NCBI GenBank assembly: GCA_046563655.1
Contig: CM102283.1
Coordinates: forward strand, 7,440,001-7,504,000
Source: Yuukianura sp. NJ FZ-2021
Taxonomy: Eukaryota
Direction: 5' to 3'
Length of the DNA: 64,000 nucleotides
The first letter of the stretch is position 1, and every line of letters begins with the position of its first letter. The notes under the pieces are model-generated. The model was not told the origin of the DNA and did no database searches. It was given only the letters and a program-made list of their open reading frames with translations. Below are positions 24,401 to 37,022 of the stretch, in pieces. Made by a program: the position numbers and the translations under genes.

Positions 24401-27400
24401 GAAGCTGGGGAATGGGCTGTGAAGGAAAGAAGAAGATGCGATGACTGTGATTCCTTTGGGATTATTATTCTGTTCCTGCTACTGGTTCCATGGAAACAGG
24501 TTTGAAGAAGAGCACCCACCACAAGAATACAAAGTAGATCACCACACACCCACTAATCAGCCAAAGGGCCCCTCCACTTAACGCAACCAGAAACAATAGG
24601 GAACCAAAACAATCGAGAAAAGGGCTCCCTTACAGTGTTATTAATCTAGCGTCCTCGGCGCGTCTCCTTGGCCAGTATTTTTCTTTTATAAAAGTAAACG
24701 GAAAAACTGTTTTTGAAAACAAATCTCACAGCAAGGGCTCTCTTGCCCTTGGTGCATGGTCTGCATTCAAAAATTGCGACGTTTGTCGGTCATGTTCACA
24801 AAATGTGACACATTTGTCTTGGTGACATTTGAAAGAAGAGAAGCCGAATTTTGAAAAGAGTCCCTGTGTTGTTAAAGCTTGGTTTTGAATTTATGGAAAG
24901 ACAACTTTCACCAAATGTCTCATCAAATATGCTTTACACTCTGCTCAACAAATTTGGAATTATTAAACAAGTCGTCCTGGACGGAAGAACATGTTTCGTG
25001 ATAAAGCAGTTTAAATTAATTAGGAAAAACAAATTAAAACAAACCCAAATCCAAATTTTAAACTTTAGACTTGCACAGGGTTTGTTACTTTTTTTTGCAA
25101 AGTGGCATCATAATTTTCATTTTGCAAAATTTTAAAGTTTGATTTGACTCCAGACAAACAACTCAAAAAGTTTTAATTGAAAAAGTTCAGTTTTTTAACT
25201 AGTTGGTTCGTTCCTTGATGTTCATGCATTTTGAGAAAAAAAAACTGAAAAAGTTATTTTTAATCCAAGGGCCCCCTCAGTACCACACTGACCTTTACCG
25301 AAAGTGACACTTTATCGCTCCAAAAAAATGAAGAAAAAGTGACGATCTGTAGCCATATCTTTCTTCTTCCAGAATTAATTGGGTGAAATTCTTAGTGTCC
25401 GGACATGTCCTCAGTCTGGGAACCTTTTTAAAAAAAAAGTTTCAAAATTTCCAAAAAGAATGCGTCAGATATAAGATGAGTAGGGTAGAGTTCAAGATCT
25501 TTCTAAACTAGTTCAAAGGCAAAGTCGTTTTTCGGGTCAAAATTGTCAAAAGACCACATCTCTCTTCCATTCCATTTCTTTTGAAGTCCTTATTTAGATT
25601 TCACTTTTTTAAATGTTTTTGTTAGTTTTTTTTTAAAGTGATCCTGAATGCTCTTCCTTAAGAGTCACTTGGAAAGTTTGAAAAGGGCAAAGGAGATCCA
25701 TCAGAAACTAACAAGGAAAGAGGATTAATCTCAAATCTTTCAGATCCAGTTTTTTTCTGGGGTAAAGTTAAGGGAATTGCCAGTAGCCAGAATGCTTCCC
25801 GGGATATGTCAGTCACAAGGAGGGAAGTATAAGTCCATGTCCAGAAGGCGAAGGTGAGATGGATGGATGACTTCTCGAAGGGCTTGGAAACATTTTTGGA
25901 GGGGCCAAAGTGCACCACCACCATCAGTACTACCAGAACCAGTTTAAGAATAATAAGAGCCCTTACGCTTTAAGTATTATACGAACAAGTTCAAAAAAAA
26001 ATTGTTGTTTCGAACGTAGAAGATATGAGGAGGTAGTCCAATTAAGAGAAGGGCAGAACATGACTTGAATCTACAATTAACCTCAACTTTCTTACCAAAA
26101 ATGCTTCCATTTTAATTCTTATGCCTTTGGATACTTCCCCAGTATTCTGTTTCTCTGCTGGATGCTTCTTATTCCTAGCCTGAACGCATAAGTTCATCGC
26201 AACTCGTCTGTTTTCTAAATCTAAAAAATGGCCCAAAGCAATGAAAACTTTATGATCATTGTTTTTTGTTTTTCAGGAAAAACCGCACAAATGCTTGATT
26301 TGCTCCAAGTCGTTTCCGACCCCGGGTGACCTCAAGTCACACGGCTATGTCCACTCAGGCTCATGGCCCTTTAGATGTCCAGTTTGCAAGCGTGGATTTT
26401 CAAAACACACGAACCTCAAAAATCACCTCTTCCTTCATACAGGTGAGACTTGAGCAATTACTTTTCAAAAACTTGTCAAAAAATTGGTTTTTCGACACCA
26501 TGCGAACCTGTCCAAAAATTCGTTTTTGACGCCTTCCAAACCCGTCCCTTAACAATTTTCGAGCCGAGCCCTTTGGCATGTCATGGATTTTCCTCACTTC
26601 CTCGGAGGAACTCATCGTCGTCAAACCAGTATGTACCCCGTTCGTTACTGTGAAAGAGGTGTGTAACGTGATCACTGACAGGGAGACGATGATGATGATG
26701 ATGGTGATGATGATGGGTGTAAGGACTTTGGATGCCTTTTCTGGACAGGGTGGTCTACTGTCCGTTGGATTCTTATTTGAACAGCCGAGAACTAGGCAGC
26801 ATCGTGTAGTACTTGTAGGGTCTTTCATCAAAAGCAGCAGGGGGACTTTAATCTGCTAGATCAAGTGTACCATAGAGAAAAAGTTTCGGTCAAAGTTGAC
26901 TTATGTTTACCATTAGTCAATGACTAAGCTAACCAATCAGAGACCTTAAACCGCCGGTTAGCATTCGGTTTAAATTGAAACCGAATTTAAGAATTCAATT
27001 AACTCTACAAGTACAAGTACCTCAAAACTTTCATTGTTCTTAACCAGTATCCGGTTCTTGTTGTTCACGTTAGGTCATTGAAGGCCCTTAACTTAAGGGC
27101 TCACGCGCCTACCTTAATCCGAAGGATGCTTAAGGGCCTGGTCTACAAAGGAAGTTTGCAATTTCCCATATTTTTGCAAAAAATTGCAAAGGTGGCAGAT
27201 TGCAGTTTTTGTAAAAGAAAGGCGTTTCCTCCTTGTCGTTGGCGTTATTTCCAAAAAGATGATTTAGATTACCAAGGTAAGAAGGTGTAGGACAGGTGAG
27301 CGTGAGCCAATTATGGATAAGTCAACGGATTACACACTTAAGGAGGTACTATTACATACGTTAACGTACGTTAATAAGGGCAAGGGTACTTGCATTATAC

Positions 27401-30044
27401 TGTAACAGGAAGGGTGCCAGATGGAAAATACCAAAATGCTGAGACATAGGAAACGTCTTCCAGAAAACGCTCTTCTTTTTTTCGCCAATTTTACCAGTTT
27501 TCAGTTTTAGTGGAATTGGGTGACACGCCTCCTTAAGAAAAAAAAAACGAACAAAAGCAATAAGTCACTTGTTCGCATGCGACTTAAAAGTGAGTAACAT
27601 TCCAAGTATTTTGGAAAAGGAAGTACCTTGTTTTTAACGTTGGCGTTATTCGTTAACTGTGCGTCAACAAAAACGACGCTCTGAAGTTCCAACTCCAAGA
27701 ATCAAATTCCGGCGGAAATTTTGTTTGTCAAATTTTTAAATTTTGGCGGTTAGATGTTTAAACTATACTTGATAATGGTGCAAAATGGGAAATTTGTCAT
27801 GAACCTGAATTGACACAGCACAACGCGGGCATTTTTGGATTTACTGTAAGTTAAATTGGCTTGCAAGGTTTAAAAACATGCATTCCGACATTAGTATAGA
27901 TACATTTTGAGCTGAAAAGCAAACGGTTGTCGTTTTCCCGCTTAAAAAGCACTTTTCTGGTCGCGTGTAGGTGTTGAATTTGAAGGGCCCACTATTTCCC
28001 GGGTTGTTGGTGGCCTTTGACCCATTATCCCAATTTCCCACATCTTAAAGGGTTAAATTAGTGACATTATTGCGGTTGATTTCTTCCCAGTTCAAAAGTT
28101 AAATGCGGGAAGTTCAGGGGTCATCTGGGAAGCGAACAGGAAAAGTGAATAAGAAAAGAGGGGCCCTTAAGGTTCCTAACCTTAAGGTGCTGGAAGGAGT
28201 AGTAAGTTCCTTTCCGTTTGGCCTAATTGATCCATTACTTTTACCGGGATCTTAAAAAAAGTAGGAGCCCTGAACCAGTTTAAGGGCTCTCCCTTTATCG
28301 GATCTCTCCGTCAGAAGTCAAGACAAGAATTCCAGTAGAGCCCTTTAGTGTTTAATTCCAGTTTTTGAGGCGGGAAGATGGGAGGGGCTGCAGAAGATGT
28401 CAGAAGTCTGAGGAAGCTTCTCAGACTTCAAGTCCACCTTTCCACCAAGTCCATTATGAATATTTATACTCCCAGTACTGCCAGTATTTCTTCACGATAG
28501 AACAAGTACTACTCAAAGTGTACACTATCACTACTGCGGGGAAATTTAAAGTTTGTATTACCTTGTTACATATTCTGCTCAAGGAGAGATGCATCTTTTC
28601 GTCCGGATTCCAATTATTGACTGGAGGGTTTACTCTCCATATCCAAAGTACACTTTTTTGAAAAACTTTTTTAAAAAAGAGTGGGAAGGCCGTTAAACCG
28701 GTTCTGGACATGTAATGTTATTGCAGCAGAAACCCGGGAAAATCGGTAGCGCCCTTCAACTTTCAAACAATTCATTCCCTTAAGGTCTACATCCTTGGCC
28801 TTCTTGGACGTTAGGTGGACCCTTAGCTTCCAATAAAGTATACAGAGGAGCCCTTAAGAAATGAACCAGTAGTTAATTCAACAACGCAGCATAAATTAGA
28901 AGAATCACCAACTGAGCATTAATCTACAGCGCCCTGTCCACGCGGGGCATCCGAAGTCCAGAAACGGCACGAAATGGAAAATGAAAAATGGCTTTGGCAT
29001 CGTCCAGCTCATTTTTGTTCAATTCTGGTCCAGCAGCATTTTAAGCCCCGCAGCACTTTTTTTAAATGCTTGGAAGTGAGACTCCCAATCCAATTTGGAA
29101 GCTGAGATGATGTTGCTTATGAGTTCATGGATGCCGATCCAAACCTGAGAGAGGGAGGGATTCAAGATTAATTAATAGTAAAGTTCAAATGGGAAATTAG
29201 AAATAAGGACATAAAAAACCTGGTTTTCCTCTGACTTTGATTTAATTGCTGCTCCAAGCTACTACTTCGATATACTGCGGAATGGAAAAGTATCTTAACA
29301 CAGCCTCGCCCATCAACATCCCCAAAGCACTTAACTTTTTGGATCTGCATTTATGGGATGACTTCTTAGCTACCGCTGAGATCTCGTTTTTTCTGGAAGG
29401 GCTCCTGGTATAACTTTTTCAGTTTGGAAATAGTTGCTCCCTTGGCTTGAAATGTTAAGGGACGCCGAAAGATGATGATCAGAAGGAGAGTAATCATAAA
29501 GACTCACCTCATCTTAGGGCCAAAGGGCTCAAAGTGGTTTTGATGTTGAATTTATTAGGGATAAAGACTAGTCTTCGGAAGATACAAAAAAGTTAAAATA
29601 ATGCTTCTGGTTTGTAAAAGATGAACAACAAAAAACAAAAATTTCAAAGGGAAAAGTATTGGTTTGGAAGGAGGCAATCAATGAATCAACTTCTTCCTAC
29701 TCATTGTTGTTCCCACTAATACTGCTACTGCTCAAGCATATAGCAAGTACAAGTACAGATCATTTTGAGAAAAAACAAGCCTTGGGATCAACATGAAATT
29801 GTACTTCCCAATTAAAAAAGACTTTTAAACTTTGATTCATGAGCTTTTTCGTTGTTTTTTTCCCACAGGGAGTAAACCGCATGCCTGTAGCTCCTGTCCC
29901 AAAAGATTTGCTTTAGCCTGTAACCTCCGAGCTCATCTCAAAACGCATCAAGATGAAGAACATGACATGCGATGTGACCCGGATGACCCTGAGGAAGAGT
30001 CACCCGAAGATGAAGAGCTACTTGACGATGAAGAGTCTAATTGA
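21484..30044 (+). CDS. C2H2 zinc-finger transcription factor (6 fingers) with degenerate PR/SET-like N-terminal domain and PLDLS motif
   Basis: Exons 21484-21693, 21971-22219, 22449-22641, 23414-23583, 26277-26442, 29869-30044. Fingers include [87 protein letters not shown]-like [31 protein letters not shown]. Confidence 0.88.
22671..23250. repeat. Intronic tandem repeat, 131-bp unit, about 4.4 copies
   Basis: Unit starts (CTGTAGAAAG...) at 22671, 22802, 22933 and 23064, with a degenerate partial copy from about 23196. Copies 2 and 3 are almost identical. Confidence 0.9.
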
Positions 30045-31192
30045 AAAGAGTTTAAAACAAGTTTTTAAAAAAGGGGCTTTACAGAAGTAGCGAGCCGTCC
30101 TAAACTCTAAACCAAAAAAACCAAGCCAAGAGGTCAATGCCATTTGTACAAAGAATGCTCAACTTCATGCCAAATACTCTACGACTTTTAAAATTTAGAA
30201 AATTTTAGCCAAAGTCTTCCAATAATTTGGAGCTCTTTCTCAAAAGACTAATTAATTCAAAATTACTAACTTTTAAAATAACTTTAGTAATGAAAACGGT
30301 ACACAAAATACTCAACACTTATATATAATTTTAGTCTTAAGTTAAGTTACGGGTCGTTTTTTTTAACTGGATTTTTTAAAAAATGATTGTTGGATTTTAA
30401 CGATTTTTTTAGTACAATGTGCAAAACGGACAAGCAGACAGACAGACACATACTAAAAACAGTACAGTAGACACATTCACTCAAGAGCATTAAAAATGCA
30501 AGTTTTTTTCGGAAAAGCGATGGTTTTATGGAATACGGGAAATTGTCGTTAAAATTTTAAGTGCTTTATGGAACAATGCAAGAAATCGAGGTATGAAACC
30601 AGTTTTGTAAATGTACCAAGTTTAAATTTTTGTTAATTGATTATTGTTAATGAGTTGTTTTGTTTTTTGACATTATTCTTTTCTAATTTATATCAAGTGT
30701 ATGGGTTAACTTTTTAGTTAACTTTAATTATGTTTTTTGTATATCACGAAAATGGGGGTATTAAACAAAAAAGAAGTCTTCCACTTTTACTAACCCGAAT
30801 CGAGTCGTGGGTTGTTTTAGGTTGCTCTAATAACAAAATCTCAACGTGCCTCATGTACTCCCGATTCCAATTGAAGATTCAGGGTGAAACGTTGAATAAG
30901 CATAACAACTGCCCACACTCATCCCGGTAAATAGGATCCTACAGAAGACGGAGGGAGTTAATTGTCGACGTGGCCTGCATTTTGATTTTTGTCCGACTGA
31001 TCCACCCAAATGCACAAATTTTTTTAATCACTTTCCAAAAACATGAATCTAGAGAGAAGTAGTAGGCGATAATGAAGAGGGTTGAGTTTCCATTTTGCTT
31101 TTTTTTAAATGCGAATTATAGTACCTCACCAAGTAGATTTCAATTAGCATTCAGAGTAGTGTGTGTGTAGTAGTAAGATAAAGGATTATTAT

Positions 31193-32658
31193 TCATTTAG
31201 CCTGTGTTTTTTGGGTGTTGCTATGGGGATGACGTTGACGGGGACTCCGCCGGTGAAGACGTTCCTGGACTTTCTTCGTCTCTCAAACTCATTGTGGCCA
31301 GAAGGAGGTCTTGGAGAAAGAGACTCTGATCCTCTCGCAATTCCTTCCTCCGCTGTGAATCTAGACATCTGAAAAGAGTCAATATGCAATTGAGTAACTA
31401 CGTGATTAGGAAAGCGGGTCAGCTATGATGAATTAGTGATAGGAGAAACTTACTTGTCTAGAAGAAAAAGGTTTCTCTCGTTCTTGGCTCCAGAAGCTTC
31501 CTGTTGTGCTTGTTGCTGAGGGAGACCTCCACTGGATGAATCAGTCACAAGTGCTTGGCTAGGGGCCGGTGGGAAGACGCTTCGACGGGAGCCAGTCGAC
31601 GAAGAGCCTGGGAGCGTCGGGAGACCGGCAGGCTGCTGCGAGCTTCCAGTACCATGACGCGTATGGACAAGCCGGTCATAGGGAACCGAACGGCGGACCT
31701 GATTACATCGAAAAATACATGAGTTTTACTTGTAGTTGACTAAATCTTCCTAAACCAAAATAGAATTGAATTGATCATGTAACTTACGCCTGATAATTGT
31801 GAGAGGAGCTCCGCTATGGGATCGACGGGGTCACGCGACCCACCACCGGAGGGTGAGAGACCACCAGAACTGAAGTGCATGTTTGGGCGACGTGCTCTGC
31901 CCACTCCAAGTGTCCGCGAAGATGATTGTTGCACCCTACGGAGATTCTGTCTTCCCGAACTAGGATCTAAAGCAATCATAAGATTCATTACGATCTTGAT
32001 CCAGAATTGTACTTGATCATCTCAACCTTTTATAAAATTCTGTACCTTCTCCTCGTGCTGGTTGTCGATGCTCTAGTGTTAAATGGGAAGCTAAATCTTC
32101 TGTGACTAAATTCGGTTCACCCCCCTGCATGGAGGCGCATATTGGACAAACCTGGAGATTCACATTGGTTCCATTCATTAGTCCTAAGAATACTTAACTT
32201 AGGAATTGTGTATGGAATTAGTGAATCTAACCACTTCGATATTTGAATTTTGATGTTCGGATGTGACATGAGTCTGCAGTTCTGCTTCTGTAAATCCTAG
32301 CCGCCCGCATATTGGGCACGTGAGAGAGTGGTTGACATCTGACGGAGATTCCCCACCATAGTACAACTCTGTAAAACAAATTAACACTGATCATTTCTGC
32401 TCCATCTCAGCCATTTAGTAAGAGAAAATGCTAATCAGTTATAATAACACTACTTTCGGCCAATATTGGTTTACCGTGATCCGTTCTTGATAGGATGCAT
32501 TGGAGAGGATGATCCGCCAAGTGTCGAGCTGTTAACGTTCCTGAATCGAAGCAGCTAGCACAGAGGTCATAGTCAAAACATCTAAGACATTTGTAGCGAC
32601 GGCCTTTGAAGTTGCTCTTTAGACAAACGTCACAACTGACTCCCTCGTGACGTGACAT
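31193..32658 (-). CDS. KCMF1: E3 ubiquitin-protein ligase KCMF1 (ZZ + Di19-type zinc fingers)
   Basis: MSRHEGVSCDVCLKSNFKGRRYKCLRCFDYDLCASC start. Exons 32658-32475, 32368-32232, 32151-32046, 31966-31788, 31698-31454, 31368-31193. Motifs VCPICASMQGGEPNLVTED, DPIAELLSQLSGVRR, SLFLQDLLLATM. Confidence 0.93.
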
Positions 32659-33999
32659 TTCCTTCACCCTGCTTCGGCTGAGCTTCTGGCTTTGAACAGT
32701 ATCTCTGCTCATTAAACTACTTCCAATTCAACAAACATTCGCATTAACTTTAACCTGTAAAACAAAACAAACACAAATTAAAATCATTTTCCTCACCTAT
32801 TACTACACGTAATGTAAACGATTTAACTACTCAACCGTAACACGAATATGCACTGTCATTGTCCCTGTCAACGTTTTTAAACTACTAAACATCGCACCTT
32901 CAGCCACCATGACCAGCACTCCGCTATCCAGTACTCTTGTCCTGGATAAAACCAATATCAGCTGACTTACCGACAGCCGCTTTACATAACATATAGACAC
33001 CAAAATCCTAATATTTTGGGTGGGTCGTACTTCTTACCTCGTCTTAGTTGCGGATCTACCCAGTACTTAAGTCGAACAGGATTTTCAGCAGAGTATCAAT
33101 CGATTATGCAATTCAGTTCAGGTGAAGTTGCATAGTTAATTACGGTATTTACAAGACCAATTAAAGAGTGATTTTGGTACTGACCTTTTTACAATTTTAT
33201 TTTTACAATTTGACGGAATTTCCTTTTCCTTCTGTGTCTTTCTTGTTCTCCCCTTGTTGTCCTCTTCCCTTTCCCTGGCTTGTTTCGCTGTGTTAAATTT
33301 TCTGTCCAATTGCCAAGTTCACAAAAGTGAAGAATTTGAACGTTCGCGCCGGGAAAAACAGAGATCGGAAATTTACGAACCCCTCGGTTTCGATCCGAAT
33401 CTTCTGTAAAATTAATTTTCAGCAATTTTTGGTATATCATACCCTTAATTATGCAATTATCATACCGATAACTTAATTACGATTGAAACTAATTTAATTA
33501 TCGTTGGTTTGATTTGCGACATCTTTTATGTTAACGGAGTACTGCGCATGAACAAGTCGTAGATATGCAAATGAGGATGAAACTTGACATTTGAGAAGTC
33601 AGGTGACCGTTTTTTATCACCTTCCCCGCCGACGTGTGATTCAAAAAGATTTAACACGTAAGCTTTAGCTGACTTGGATTTAATTTCCATTGTTCAGTGT
33701 TCACAAACATCTCAGAGAGAGGTCAAACACCCACTGTGTAGGAAGGAAGAGGTGTCATAAATTTGACGATTATCCGGCACCTACTTCACAGTTACCAACT
33801 GACATTCCAACGATCCGGAACTAACGTCGATTGTCTACGCCTTGGAGGAAGAAGAAGCGGCCAGTTTATTTCTAGGTTTGTACATTGTTGTGAATCACAA
33901 TAATTTCAATCACAATTTGCGATATGTTTTCGAACCGGGAGTGATGTTAAAATTATCATATTGTTTTTCATTCTGTTTTTCCAGGACATCGTTAGAAAC

Positions 34000-35823
34000 A
34001 TGGTGACAAGACTACTACTTGGACTGGGGTTGTCCCTGTTGGCAGCTACGTTTCAATCGTGTGATGCTGCGGACTCACTGTATGGTTCCTCGTCTGATGT
34101 CGTTTCACTTTCAAGTTCGAACTTTGACAAGCTGGTGAAGGAGGGTGACAGCGTTTGGATTGTGGAATTTTACGCTCCCTGGTAAGTGCTGCGTCGTTAT
34201 TGGACGAAACCGGTTACGAATGTATCTAATTGGAGATCGTTACTATAATCTTTTAGGTGCGGACATTGTCAACAACTTGTTCCCGAGTATCAGAAGGCAG
34301 CCAAAGCATTGAAAGGTAAACGCCGATCTTCCATGAAGGCATATTAATATTAGTTAGATTTTTGTAACTTATATTTTGTTTTCCTAAATAGGTGTCGTGA
34401 AAGTAGGAGGGGTCAATGCTGACTTGGAAGAGAACAAATACTTGGCCAGTCAATACCAAATCCAAGGATTCCCTACAATTAAAATCTTTACTGGCAAAAA
34501 GGTGGAGGATTACAACGGAGGGCGAACGGCCAAAGACATTGTTCAAGCAGCACTACGAGCAGTAAACGCTAAAGTTGAGGCACAACTTGGTGGGAAAACT
34601 TCTGGAGGAGGTAAGATTTGACGTGAAAAGCTTCTATTTCACAAAACTACACAGTATATTTCCACAGGTGGCAGTGGCGGCTCTGGAGGAGATGCTGTGG
34701 TTGAACTCACTGACAGCAACTTTGATAAACTCGTCCTCAACTCTGAAGAACCATGGCTTGTAGAATTCTTTGCTCCATGGTGCGGCCATTGCAAGAAATT
34801 GGAACCAGAGTGGGCAAAGGCAGCCAAGGAACTGAAAGGAAAGGTGAACCTTGGAGCTCTGGATGCAACTGTCCATCAAGCCAAGGCTTCACAATATGGT
34901 GTCCGTGGTTACCCAACTATTAAGTTCTTTCCAGCCGGAAAGAAGAAAGATGCTGAAGAGTACGATGGTAAGTTGAATTCAAAAGCTTTCCTTTACTAAT
35001 CTACTGAGTTTTTCATCTTCCCTAAAACGTTTTTTCTCTGTAGGTGGAAGAACGGCCGATGCTATCATTGAATGGGCCAGTGGAAAGGCTGTGGACAACC
35101 TACCACCACCAGAATTGTTCCAAGTCACATCTAACAAAGTTGTAGAGGAAGCCTGCGGAGAGCATCCTATTTGTATTCTGGCGGTTCTTCCCCACATCTT
35201 AGACTGTGACGCCAAGTGTAGGAACGGATACCTCGTAAGTTTACTCCAAAAGAAGTATTTCATGAAATCAGGACTGTAATTCTCGAAATGAATGTCATGT
35301 TTTTACTTATTGCAGACGATGATGCTGACTTTGGGAGACAAGTACAAAAAACAGGGTTGGGGATGGATCTGGGCACAGGGCGCTGATTACTTGACGCTCG
35401 AGGAGTCATTGGACATTGGTGGATTTGGATACCCGGCACTGGCAGGTTAGAATAAACTTAGATTAATGTGTTAATTAGCACAAAAGTTTAAAACATTGCT
35501 CAAAACTTCATTTGTTTGTAATTTTAGCTGTAAACCTTAAGAAAGGGAAATATTCCGTCTTCCGTGGATCCTTCTCCGAGGAAGGAATCTCATCATTTCT
35601 TCGGTGAGTTGATAAATCATAAACTTTGCTTTGAATTTGAAGTTTTCATTACTAATTTAACAATTGCAGGGACTTGAGTTATGGGCGTGGATCTGTGGCA
35701 CCGCTTAGAGGAACTACTCTCCCCAAAATCTCGGATGTTGAGCCATGGGATGGAAAAGATGGAGTTCCGCCGGTAGAGGAGGATTTTAGCGACATTGACC
35801 TTGATGAGAGAATTGAACTCTAA
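34000..35823 (+). CDS. PDIA6: Protein disulfide-isomerase A6 (P5/CaBP1)
   Basis: Signal peptide, two WCGHC thioredoxin domains, FGYPALA b-domain, C-terminal RIEL*. Exons 34000-34181, 34257-34315, 34392-34610, 34668-34967, 35044-35234, 35316-35445, 35528-35603, 35670-35823. Confidence 0.95.
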
Positions 35824-36060
35824 AGACTTTGGTGGCATTATAATACTAAGGGTGTAACTGTAATTTAACTGGATACGAAAAACAGTTTTTGTCTCTAAGG
35901 ATTTTTGAATGGGAGATTATTTTGTGAAATTAACTTATGGGGACCTTTGTAATGTTAGTTGGATTAACCACTTTCTAAGTTTTGAAACTCAAAATAAATT
36001 ACCACCTTCATTAACTGCTGTAAAATCAGCGTCTAATTTCATTCCACCCATTCTTTTCGT

Positions 36061-36859
36061 GTTGTTTCGAGATATTTTGCACAAAATTTTGTGCAAATAC
36101 TTAGTTCTGCATGTGTGTCGAGCCAACTTTTTTTTTTGAAATTTCATAAAATTTAGAACGGGCGTCTGTTGGCAATTTTTTGCACTAAATAATGTGAATT
36201 TGTATTCTGCATCTTGAGCCGACCAATGGAGTTGCAGAAATCACAAAAAAGTTGAAATTTTTAGAAGGTTGCAAATGCAAATACGAGCAGTCGTAAAGTT
36301 TCATGTGATTTTGTTAGAATTGAGATCGGAGATTATACGGAGCGAAAAGGGCTTCCCCTTTTCTGATTTTTGTATGGGAATGTCAGCGGAGGGAAAAAAG
36401 TCGAGCGAGGCAGAGAGCCTTTTCTGACCGTATGATACCTGCATAGCTCCGGTCACTTTCCGAAAAGAACCTTCAACTTCACAATCTAAAAGTTGTTATT
36501 TTTTTTGTAGAATAACGGGAATTCGAAATGTCCACTTTTGAATGTGGATTCGCATAGATCTTGAATCGCTGAATCCGAATCTGCAATCGGATTTCCTCGG
36601 AAATGAGTCGATCAAAAGTTATTACAAAATTAAATCTTCGAATTTTGAAATATTTTGTATGGCCATAAGTTTGAATGGAACAAAAAAGTTTGGGGATTAA
36701 TCCATTCAAAAGTGTTCACTTTTCTACTCAACTTTTTCAACTCCCGTTACAAAGAGCTTCATATCTCCAGTTTTAAAAATATATGAAAAATTAAGAGCTA
36801 TACTTCAATAGTTCACAAAATTTCGTGCAAAATTTTTCCCAAAATTCCCAAAAAACAAC
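36061..36859 (-). mobile_element. Dispersed ~0.8 kb non-coding repeat, copy 2 (inverted relative to copy 1)
   Basis: Reverse-complement homology to 20200-20910. Imperfect inverted ends GTTGTTT..ATTTTGCACAAAATTTTGTG (36061-36093) and CACAAAATTTCGTGCAAAAT..AAACAAC (36814-36859). Confidence 0.75.
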
Positions 36860-37022
36860 GGACCTCAAAATTTGAAACAGAAAACCCATTTATTTTACGT
36901 TTCTCTTATTTACTGTCAAAATGAGAAAATGAAGAACTCTCTACTACTTTTCCGACTTCAAACACGTTTTTATTGTATTTCAACGTTTACAGCATTAAAT
37001 TTCGAATGCTGCACATTCTCAA

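Noticed and set aside
26400-26859. 143-aa and 93-aa ORFs with poly-Ile or poly-Met
   Set aside because: Produced by a (GAT)n microsatellite at about 26688-26715 inside an intron of the ZnF gene.
31189-31389. ORF-track 66-aa ORF as the KCMF1 last exon frame
   Set aside because: Splice phase from the previous exon (AA|A) gives a different frame, KCLDSQRRKELREDQSLFLQDLLLATM, which matches the KCMF1 C-terminal motif. The listed ORF is a shadow frame.
33311-33445. Third copy of the dispersed repeat (TTTCGATCCGAATC also seen inverted at about 9362-9376)
   Set aside because: Only about 15 bp of shared sequence is visible, too short to call without alignment.
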